This document shows, in pieces, positions 36,501-48,500 of a DNA stretch of 64,000 bases. The DNA is taken from the NCBI GenBank assembly GCA_002633005.1, contig NMRA01000031.1, forward strand, positions 62,001 through 126,000. The letters are read 5' to 3'. The number at the start of each line of letters is the position of its first letter. Position 1 is the first letter of the stretch. The notes under the pieces are model-generated. The model was not told the origin of the DNA, ran no database searches, and worked only from the letters and a program-made list of their open reading frames with translations. Both the position numbers and the translations under genes were made by a program. This DNA comes from Phoronis australis. Its lineage: Eukaryota > Animalia > Phoronida.

Positions 36501-39500
36501 ACTTTGCCATGTCTTTGTCAAGGAAGGCAGAAATTGCATCAGCGGAACTTGACGAGGATTTTTCTGACAAGATCTCGGATGGGGATATACCAAAATTCTT
36601 TGAAAAGAGTGGCAATGGATATCGCTGCACGTTGTGCAAAGTCAAGTGTTCACGTTCTGTGAAAGCCCTTCGTGAACATTGCGGAGGAAAGAAGCATCGC
36701 CTACATTATCGAGTGTACAAGTTAAATGAGGATAAGTAAGGCTTGATTGTTATTGATAAATTTAATGCAAATGGTTTGATGTCATTTCAAGATTATACTT
36801 GGATCCTAAATTTTTGACATACACAACTTTTGTAAACTGATTTGTACATGTATTTTAAAATCTCAAATCCAGAAAATTAATATCGCATTAAATCACCACC
36901 ATCTAGTAGTTAGATCGTTGTTTACATTATTGTTCAAAGTACACGATTCTGAGCTCTTGGTTATAGAAACAAATTAACAATTATTGGGAGGAGAAATTTT
37001 TTATTTAACATTTAAAACCACATTAAACCTGTGCTGTCTCTCAGGATAGCAAGTTTTGATTATCATGCTGTCACCTAACGTTCTATGAACTTGGTCTAAA
37101 AAAATTGTGATTGTTACGAACTGTCAGGTATTGTTGAGCTCAGAGTTCACTTGTAAGCTGTGCAAGGAGCAAGACTGTACCAATTTTATGGTAAGTAGCC
37201 TTCACAGGTTTGATGCCGGTTTAAATGATTACCATTGCAGGTCCCTGGGAGACAATCATAGTGACGTTAATGTGTCTTTTACCAAAAGAAATGCCAGTGG
37301 TGACATTGATGAGAATTTCATGGAAGTTAATTTGGAGCATGAACGGGAACCCATGACTGTTGTATTAAAAATACACAATGTGAGCAAAAAACATTGTCTG
37401 AGCCTGACGGGGTGTAAAATTCTGCGAAACTTTAGAGTGTATAAACTATCGGACAAACTGAACGCAACAGAAGGGCAAGAACTTGACATACCTCCAGGTA
37501 ACTAAAGATTAAGACTGATTTTATAAATGCAGTAGAATTGTCTGTTGTATCTTATTTCAAAGTTGGTGAAGGTATCGACCATAGACATCTTAATACTATA
37601 GACTGGGCGCACGCGCTATTGCAGCTGACAACTTGACGCCATATTGGAGAGTGCTACTGGTCACGTGACACGGCTAATTGCCGTGTAAACAAACAGGGTA
37701 AATTGTCCTTTTCAAAGCGCGATATCTAACAAATAAAGAGGCCGAAGAGTGTGATTTTTTCCCAGAAACATACAAAAACATGTGATGTAGCACTTATATG
37801 TGTTTTTAGGAGTTAATCTGTCGATAGGGAAAATATCAAATTATTAGAAGATCGCAACCAGTGGCAGATTCTCGAGAGGCTTGAGCTGCTGCACACCTGT
37901 CAATCCACTGCGAGCATTTTATTTTTTGTTTTTTTAAGAGACACCACTAAGATCGCACAAATTTATCATTTAATTTGTGTCGCTCGATGCAAATACATTA
38001 TATCCAGAAGACGTGCCGCCCACTCGGGACGTACTTTTGTGGTGCCCCAATAAGCCTTTTTACACAGACTGTTGAACAATGACACCGGGTAACTTTGTAA
38101 AATTAAAATATGACCCGGGTCGCTTTTAATGAGGTTTAAATTTAATGTGAACTACTGTGAAAAATGACTTCATTTGGGTCATATAAATAAATGACAGGTT
38201 TTTAAAGTTCATTAGGGTGTTCTCTCGGGCAACGGTTGTGAGCGTGTGATAACATCTAGCTCCTTTGTTAACTACTGAGCATAGTTTTTTGTCTGGTACG
38301 ACAACATGCAGATAAATTATCTACCAGGCTTAGTTACACAGTCAAACCCAGTACGTTGGTACGTTCGGACAGAATAGATTGTCTTATTTTTGATTGTAGT
38401 TGGGCGATTTTGGTGATTCAAAAACTATAAGCTTTATCAGTATTTGATGGGCAATTCAGAAATGTCTTTGGTTTATGGTCAAACATTTTATGACGTAACT
38501 TATTTTTAACAGCACAGCCCGGCCAGTAACGATATACAGTGGGGATTTGGGGGGGGCAAGGGGGTCATGCCCCCCTAAAATTCTCTCAGATACCATTTGG
38601 GAGTACGGGGTGCGAATTGCTGAGTAGCATATGCGCGCACCCAGGGTGTTCGGGGGAAATGCACAATGCACAGGCCTCGAAGAAACCCCGTTTACCTTTT
38701 TATGTGCCCACATATTTATTTGTGGACGCATTATGCCGTCAACTCCGTCCGTCTGTCCGGGGGGCGTCCGTCTGGCATCCGGCATCTGCTGCTTTATCTC
38801 CAAAACCCGTTGACTTACGTTCATGAAATTTGGCTCATATGTTCCATTCATAAATGGAACGGCACGAGCGAACTTTCGAACGGATCCGACTACCGGTGTG
38901 CCCCCTAGTGGCAATTTTAGTTTTTTACTCTAAACTTACCTTTGTACCATCAAAAGTCCTGAACAGATTTTCATGAAATTTGGTATGTAGCCACCTATTA
39001 GTGAGATGACGCTATCCTCCCGTTTTGGGATGGATTCGATGTAGTTTGCGCCACCTAGTGGCCATTTTTACTGTTTTCGTGCACCCCCAGACTTCAACTT
39101 TAAAGTTGCATTTTTATGAAGGAAATTATTTGTGTGAACATGGAACAATGATGTTAACAAGCCAAAAAAATGTCCATGCATGTTTTTTATGCAAATTAGT
39201 GCCACCATTACCGATTTGGCTACATTTCGCCTTATCTCCCCGACTATTTCATATAATTGAAAAAGCTAAATGTCTGAAATTATGTTTTGTGGGTCAAACA
39301 CTACATTAGAACTACAAGTTAGTGATAAAAACTCTCAATAATGGAACAGAAATGTTGTGTGGGGCATGAAAATCCACTATTTTTATCCAAATTCAAGACT
39401 TTGATGTTGACTGCTTAAATGAAAACAACATGATATGACATCATGTTTAGGTTGCAGCCCAACCAAAAATATATTTTAGGTTCAATAAATGAAAAAATTT

Positions 39501-42500
39501 TCTCATCTTTTAAAAAGAGGAACATTGTCTCTAAGACAGACACATTGTAACACATCAAAGGGATAAATTAGCTTTTGACCTAAAAAAACGTCTTGAATAC
39601 AAACTAACATAAAAATATACAATCGGTTGTTGACATGTCAATCAGAGGGAATCCGATGTGGAGGACAGGGAAATCGGACAGCATTCGAAATTAAGGCAGC
39701 TATCTATGCAGATGTAAAACTCATGCCTAAAAGAAAACGAGGTCGAAGCTTATCAACTGAAGCCAAAGATCAGTCTCTACCTATATGCATACTTCATTTA
39801 GTTTCTGTAAGTGAACATGGCAATTTTACAGCATTATGCAATGTGAGAGGAACAGGAATGTAAAAAGCTACCGCAGCTTAAAACTCGCATCGTCCAACAA
39901 AATGATGTCATCAAGGTCTCTTCCTTCCATTTGCTTTACGTTGAGGAACTAATACCCAAGGGGGATGGGAATCTTAGGTACTGTTTTGAGAAACTATAGA
40001 ATCGTTTTCAAAACAGGTTCATTGCAAAACCAGGTCAACTTCACAAACATTGACAGAGGTGACACTATCATTTTGGTTGTTTCATAGATCAAGTATAACC
40101 TTTCATCTGCTTTGGCACAAGCATATTGTTTAGGAAGTACAGGTAAACGTCTGAAAACCGCACTCACTCTTTGAGATGACATTCCGAAAGCGTGCAAACA
40201 GTCTTCAGAACTACAGTGGTCATTAAGAGCTGACTATATGGAACTTGGATTGTAAAACTTTTGCCTCCAGAACTCGTCCGATTTCTTAGTTTTGATGACG
40301 GGGGTGAAAAATTCGAGAGACTGGTTTTTTCTATTGGACAAGATATCGTATACGGAAAGTGGAAATTACCATCAAAGCATGTACTTCTTTGTGTAACCAT
40401 CAGAAAATTGCTTCGAAGCAAGCAGCTTACAACTAAATTGCACAAACTGGCCGGGTCACTGGGAGAGCTATGACTTCATCTTAGATTTTGAAACCGCTTT
40501 GGCAAATGTGATGGGGGATGTGTCAAGTCACAAGGAAATGTGATAATGTACAGTGTATCCCATTGTGAGTGAGACAATTCGAATAAAATGAACACGAATG
40601 TACATGGCAGAAACATCGTCAACCGTGCTTGAGGAATCATGATTCAAGAGGTAAAGCCTGGTTTTGAAACTTCCAAAGATAAAGCAATGCAAGTCACAAC
40701 CGACAACAAAGTCTCCAAGTAGAAGCTCCTTCTTGGAACAATAGATGGCCTTTTTCAAGACCAACAAAGCCTCCTTTCTGCATTACGGATCTTCTGGAAG
40801 ACATTGCTCCACAATACTTTCATTATCCTAAGGATGCTCTATTCATCCGTGATGGCATGACATTTCTCTACACGTTAGCTAATCTCCCTCCAATATGTGG
40901 TGAGATCTATTTATAAGTAAACCCCAGGAACGGTTGCAACGTGGCAGTGGGTGGACAACATACACGAAAACCGTACGACTTCAAAACCTTTCTTGCAAAC
41001 AATGACAACAAAATGCAACTCTCTCAACTGTTACTGTGAATTTGGAATGGTGAGAAGCCAGTTTGCAAGTTGGTGAAGAGCGAGATGGCCATCCTGATTG
41101 TAGACAGAAAAGCCCATGAACGTGTTACATCCGATGACGAGGAAGTCCACAGTCTTTTTCTGAACAAAATTTTTTGAGTATTTCTAACTTAAAGATAATC
41201 TGCGATGTCATACAGTAAATTAATCTGAGTTTCAGGTTCATACTCAGGAGCACCCACATATCTACAGCAATCTAGAAGAGACACAAGAAATGTTTTGTAC
41301 TTCCACTACGTTGTCTCACTTGGGTACAGAAACGCCGTGTGAGAACCCCTTACTCCGAATTCTTCTTCGTAGTTCTGCTGCATCATACTTACGCCATAAA
41401 GTTGACTGGTATATCTAGATACAGAGTTTGGAAAACATCGGCGACTACTGAATCTCTCCAACCTGGCCAAAATCCTTGGGAAAAAATTACTGTGAAATTG
41501 TACTTGGATTTTATATATACGCTGGAGAAGATTGCACCAGTGACTTTAAAGGTGAACGAAAGGCAGGCCCCCTTAAACAGTTGGAAAAGAATCCAAAGTT
41601 TCGCCGAGCATTCAGGCAACTTGGAGTTGATTGGGATGTACGTAAGTTTTGAAAGGGATGGAGGAATTCCCTTGCTTCGTGTATAAGTCTTGGGTAATTG
41701 ATAGATGCTACTCGTACCAAGCTGTTGCGCAATATGGTTGGTGAAGATGAAATTCTCACCTACAAGTTCAAGGTTGACCTTGCTCGACTTCCCTCGTGGC
41801 TAGCTGCTCGGAAACCTCACACCCAACAAGTAAATCACAGTGTCGCTTTGTAAAGCACGCTTGCAAACTCTTAATTGAACAGCCAAAACCTTATGACGAA
41901 GGACAAGGGTGGATGCGGACTGACGAAGAAGTGCTAGAATCATCTGTATTGCCGTGTGGTCCTATCTTACCAAACTCACTGATTGATATCTTGCTCACCG
42001 ATGTTTGTGAAGTGAAAGAGAAAAGTGACGAGTTGTATGGCAGTTTCACGGAAAGCGATGAACGTGACATGGAGTGATAGAACTTATAACCAGTGACATC
42101 AGCACCTAATGACTGCCCACATTTCTGGTATCATTTCCCTGCATTTTTTCCTTGAGATATTAAAGAAAATTGTTGAAATACGGTTCAGTAAAAAGCTGAT
42201 TATATAAGCACTGAAAGTTGCACTTTATTTTAGTGTTTATATTGGCTTATGTACGCTTTCAGTGTATTATTGATTGTAAGTAATCTATAATGCATATCAG
42301 GTACAATAGATTATGGAGAAAATTATTACTTCGTAATGCTTGACCCTCAAAATATCAGTTTTCACACTTGATTTGTTCAATAAGTCCGATTTCGTCAAAT
42401 AACAACAAATCGGTAATGGCGGCACTAATTTGCATAAAAAACGTATATGGGACACTTTTTTGGCTTGTTAACATCTTTTTTTGGTTTTCACACTTAATTC

Positions 42501-45500
42501 TCTTAGCAAAAATGCAACTTAGGAGTTGAAGTCTAGGGGGGGTGCACGGGGGACCATTTTTCGACTCAACTACAAAGGATGATTGTGAAAATTGGCATGT
42601 ATCTGCTTACTATATAGAGGATGGTTGACGACGATTTTCCGACGATTTCGACTACTGTGGCACCTCCTAGTGCCAGTTTTGTTTTTGTTATGCCTATGGC
42701 TGTATCTCCTAAACCGTTCGCAGGATCTTTACAAAATTTAGTAAGTATATTTATATGATGTTAACAATGGACGATGAAGACTTTTGGACAGGTGCGACCA
42801 CCGGTGTGCCCCCTAGTGGCAATTTTATTTTTTTACGTTTACCTATGTATCTTCAAAAGTCCTTGACGGATTTTCAGGAAATTTAATATGTAGACACCTA
42901 TTAGTGAGGTGACGCTATCCTCCCATTTTTGGATGGATTCAACATGGTTTGCGCCAAATAGTGGCCATTTTTACTGTTTTCGAGTCTGTTTTTTGAGTCC
43001 ACCCCTCTATCAACCAAACCGTTGAAAGGATGATTGTGAAAATTGGCATGTATGTGCTTAATATAAAGAGGACGGTTGACGATGATTTTCCGACGATTTC
43101 AACTAGTGTGGCGCCTCCTAGTGGCAGTTTTGTTTTGTTGTACCCATGGCTTTATCTCCTAAACCGTTCGCAGGATCTTTACTTAATTTAGCAAGTGTTA
43201 TTATATGATGTTGACTACCGATGACGACAACTTTCAGACAGATCTGACGACTGCTGTGCCCCCTAGTTGCCCTTTTAATGTTTTTACGTTTAACTCGGTA
43301 TCTCCAAAGGTCCTCAACAGATTTTCATAAAATTTTAAATATAGCCATCTGTTGGTGTGATGACGCTATCTTTCTGTTTTTGGTTGGAATCAAGGTATTT
43401 TGCACACCTAGTGGCCATTTTGTGCTGTTTTCAAATCTTGTTTTTGGTGTCCACCCCTGTATCAACCAAATAATTCGAAAATTGGCATATATGTTCTCTT
43501 GATGATGGTGACTGACTACTGTGGCGCCTCCTAGTGGTAGTTTTGTTTCACTCCCATAGTTGTGTCTCCTAAACCCACTGTAGGATCTTTACTAAATTTA
43601 GTAAGTGTATTTATATGAAGATAACAACAGACGATGACGACTTTCAGCGGATCCAACGGACACTGTGCCCACTAGTGGCAATTTCATTTTATTCTGTTTT
43701 CCTTTGTTTCTCTGAAGTTCCTTGACAGATTTTTATGAAATATAGCATGTTCTTGTTTTTGAATGGATTGTAGTTTTTTGCGCCATCTAGTGGCCATTTT
43801 TATGATACAAATAAGTAACCCGAAAGCACACCATTTGCAATGCATTCGTGGGCGCATTTTAAAGCTCCGCGTTGCTCTTGTTTTAGTAAAGGATCACAAA
43901 CCCAAAAATTCGAGAACCCGCATCCCTACATTTTAGGCTGGGCACGCACATGTGGCGAAATTCTGGTTATTGCTGTGCCCTGGCCCCCTTCCCCCTAACT
44001 CAAAATCCTGGATCAGCCCCTGATATAAGATACAATCTTATCAGAGATTAGAGCAATTATTGAACAAAAGAGAGCTGACACTCCAACCCTAATTGCCAGA
44101 ATGGACTTAATCAGTCATCATTGTAAGATATTGGCTACAGCGGTCATCCGCCCAACTTGTGATATACAACTTAACTAGTTAGACTCAACAGGATGCTGTA
44201 ATGTAAAAAGCAAAGAACACAGACTCAGTTCCTTTCCTGTGCATCGCTCGAAATTGCCAACGTACAAATATTCTCTCACGCACGTTTATTCCTCTCTCAC
44301 GGATCTGAAGTCCCACCATCAAGCGCCGGGCACTTGTTGGCGTTTTGTAGTATCCCCACACCGTGTAATTGTGTGCTCACATAGAGATCAGCCCTGCTCC
44401 TACTCATTATTTCGGACCGTTCCTATCCATCCCCGCCCTTAATCTGATATACATACTGCGCGACCATCAGCCGAGAACTTGAAAATAAATTCTTCTCTCA
44501 CGCACGCTGTCTGCTTATCCCAACCCCCTGTTGCAGGGGAACCGTTGAATAATGACTGGACAGGTTTTCGCGGACGTGGGTTTATTTTTTCATGGGCAGA
44601 AAATTCTTCACATTAAATTTAGACCCTGTGAAAAAACTAAACGGAGTCATTTTTCACGGGGTCATAATTAAGTATCAGTCCACGGATCCACCGACCACTG
44701 TACAGCCAACAAGCGGCAAGGTGGGGGGTCAACCATTCAGATCCATGTTTAGTCTGATAAATCACATTAGGGATGAGAGAAAATGGGTGAAGTATGACAC
44801 CACAAAGTTTGGTGGTTTAGGAGATACATGGGAAGTGTTCTTGGGGGCAAAATGAGGCAATTTCTTGCAGTGGAATGAGTCATTTTTTACCAAATTTTCT
44901 ACTCCAGTTTCTGCTTCAAACAGAATTGTTTCTGAACAATTTTGATATCACATGATAGGTTCGTGACCAATGTCAGTAAAAACGGCACCGACACTGCAAT
45001 ATCGGTTACCATGGTAACACTGCAACTGTTTCGGTGGAGGTACATTTCCGTCTTGTGAAAAACCAGCTGTAAGCTGTACCCTTATAGCGAAGCTGCCCCC
45101 GCAAGAAAACTAAAAATAATAACATGGACATGTAGAAGACTCCATGCCCTTGAAATTAATACAATAAAAACTTTGTCAGCGCTTCAGGCAGGCTTGGTAA
45201 TAGGTGTCTGAATTTCACTATTTTCAGACCGCGTGTGTGTATTTGTCATGTTAAACCAGTCACTAGTTGTGCGCCGTTTCTACGCATTAATATGCCGTGG
45301 TATAAAACAACAATTAAAACAATTGGTTTGCTTAAATGTTTTTAATTAATTTTAAGGACACTAGCATTTCCCAATAAATAATGAAATTATACTAAATTTG
45401 TTCATCCAATTCGTCTGAATACCAAACTAAAGCTTACAATGCGTTAGTTGAATGATGGCTGACCTAAAGTGCGGGTTTGCGAATTTATCTATTTATCTGG

Positions 45501-48500
45501 CACTGCCAGTCGCATCGAATGTGGTATTTCTACAAATTGCGGGGAGAAACAACTTTGGAAACTCTAGGGAAATACACAAGGTATAGAGCGAGACATTTGA
45601 GCACCTTATAAGAGTACGTGGAGCTGATGTGGAGGTGGAACGTGTCCTCCTGAGTAGTCTGTCTCAGTGTCTGCCTCGGAGGCACTGTGTGCAGCAGGAG
45701 CTACATAATCTACCGTATTAGGTTCACTTGCCCGAATCATCGTTACAACACTCGAGATATGTTGGCGTCGCCAAAGACACTTAGAACATTCACTGCACAC
45801 TAGAGGAGAAATCTGATAGAGGTCTGAAAAATTACCAAAGACGTTTAAAGCCAAGGTTCAACGTCCTGCTTCGTGTGAGCTCAGGTAGGAATCACTAAAC
45901 TCCAGGGTCTGACCCTGAGGAATATTTTTAGAAGCCCGTCATTCATGCAAAAATACTTTTATTGACACAAAGTGATTGCTTATAGCTTTGGCCTTATTGC
46001 TTAATCATATCTTATCCAAATGTGTTGATGTTTATGCAACTACATGTATACAATGGCATAGAAAATAAGGTTGTCATCATAACTTTTCATAACAACCACC
46101 AAATGTGTAACATGACTTCTGCCCATGAAATACTTTTAGAGACTAGGGAGTATGTTTTGTCTACCAATGATTTTCTGCGATTGTGAAGTTAATTAAACAT
46201 GCTAAAGCCGTCAAAAATATTGGTCCCTTCACTTATTTTAGCTTGGTATTCATATTTTGTGAGCCGAAATGGCCACATTAAATTTAATATGTTTAATTTT
46301 TCATTAATACAATTTTAGGAATCGGGAAAGGCTTATGCTGAAGAAGTGGCTTCTGCTGAAGTTGGAGACTTGCCGATTATTAGTAAAGGTTGGGTATGGA
46401 AAATTTCACAACCAGCGAGAAGATACCCTTCTGGACAACTAAGTGAGGGGGCTAGAGAGAGGCCGAAAAGTCTACTCCCAGAAGATATGTAAAAGAGAAT
46501 TTGTAGCTTGAGGAACGAGTTGGGGAAAAAGCATTTGCCAAAGATTACTGGCTTATACCACAACAGGTCCAAAGTAATTTGTTGAGATAGGCCACTCTCA
46601 ACAAATGTGGGGAAACTGGGACAGAGGAAGTGGAGTATGCATAGAAAGAGGCAATCTGCGATTGTCAAGGATGTAGCATTGTAAAAATTCAATGGGAGGA
46701 AACAGTACAGTGGCTGGACCTGTAAATACTCTGGCTGATCTGCTAAATCCAGTGGGGGCATTATTGTATCAGCACAGCTGTGTAGGGAAGTAGGCCTGTG
46801 TGTTGTCGCAAGCTTTGTTTGCACCAGAACTGCTTGTGTGAACAGCACAAGTCTAAAATTTACCTAGTCTAAGACTGAGTTTTTGTCCAGGCACGGATTA
46901 TGATCCTGGGCCACATGGTAATGGTACATTGTTCATTTTGTTTAGCCACTGGATTTTTTGGTCTGACAGGATTACTCAGTGTCGCCATCACATTTAGATG
47001 ATTTCTGACCTCTGTACTATTTCTTTTCCTTGAAGATGCGTAATTGATCTGAATTTATGTTTCCGCATTTTATTTACCATTGTAGATTTTTGTTTGTAAA
47101 TGGGTATATATTACTGAAATTTGAGACCCTGTTGCAGTTAGGCTGGTTTTGTTAACTTATCTTTCTGCCTGGGTTGTAAACCCATATTCTGTCCAGGAGG
47201 TAATAAGTTTTGATTTAGACCATTTACCTCTATAAACTTTGCTCAGTTTGTTCCTTATCCAGATGGGAAGTGATTTCTGGAATTGTAGCGAATTGACAGT
47301 TTGCTATTCCTTGAGACCATGCTGTGTGTATAAAATCGCACACTATTAGTCTGGTCTTTAGCAATTGCATATTGCCAGATCTTTCAAAGTTCTGAAATTG
47401 CTCAAAAGTGACCTGGAAGTAATACCTATTTCGTGATGGTAAAATATCTAAATCAAAAGTTGTTTTATGTGATTTTAGGCGAGTTTATGTCCACTTCAAA
47501 TGATTTTTTGTTGCAGTACTGAAAAGTATTGGCACATTAGCTCTGGTGGCTCCTTGTTTTTTTGGCGAATTGACCATTTTATGGTTCCCATGGGTAATTT
47601 TGTTACTGGTCTAGTATGTATGTACAACTGTAATCGTAGGGCAATTGTAATGCAAACCATGTTGCAAAAGTATTTTTTCATGACCATTTCATTGTAAAAT
47701 GCTGCCTAATTGGAACCGACAAGCCAATTTTTCATTTTGTGGTGGTTAGTTTTGATAAGAACATTGATGTGGTAAATACAGCTACCTCAAGTTTGTGAAG
47801 AAGAGATTTCCAGTGTTGTCAGCGATATTGCGAAATCACTTTTTCGCAGTGAGACTACATCACCTTAAATGTAATTCCCTGACTTTATGAGCTTTGTGTG
47901 GTTGACTCTGTCCTGTAGCAATTAGAGTGTTGAAAAGATCTAGAAGGCAATTTTTTATTAGAGTCATAACATTTGCACTTTTGACTGTACAGTTATCTTT
48001 GCATTGTATTACGAAAACATATTTTGTAGTACACAAGTCTCTGGTTGGTATTTTATATTTTTTCACAAGGAATATTTTCAACTTAGATGAGTTGTCTGTG
48101 AGGTAGGCAATTTTCAAATAAGATAATGAATAAAATTGTCAAACATTGTTTTATTTTTTAGATGTGTGATCTTCCAATAAGTGATTACTTTTAAAAAACC
48201 TGTGCAGAATTTGATTTTTACTCTTCATTTGAAGGAGAATAAATCCATAAACCTGCATTGTCTAGAAATTTTACTCAAACTACATATTACAGGGTTGGGG
48301 ATTGGAATCTTAATACAACAGAGTCTGAACCCGTACCATGAGCAATACAACACAATACACGGATATAAAAATTTGGTGTTTAGGTTCCACGGAAAGGATT
48401 CGTGTGCGCGGTAATAGTTACTAAGGTGCGTGGTCATTGTTTGTGGATACTTTGGGATTCCTCTTCTGTGGTCATCCACGGGAAACCTGGTCGCATAGAG

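Larger units (their letters stand above)
38537..44021. mobile_element. CAG(T/G)GG-type MITE split by nested insertions
   Basis: Left half CAGTGGGGATTTGGGGGGG..GCCCCCC (38537-38690); right half ..AAAATCCTGGATCAGCCCCTG (to 44021); flanked by ATATA on both sides. Confidence 0.5.

Noticed and set aside
38066-44674. Additional nested layer of GGGGTCAT/TGAAAAATGAC-repeat MITE fragments
   Set aside because: Similar motifs occur near 38070-38190 and 44540-44670, but no termini or TSD could be defined, so it is not counted as a layer.
46333-46848. 171-aa minus-strand ORF
   Set aside because: Antisense shadow of the decayed + strand transposon remnant; no recognisable domain.
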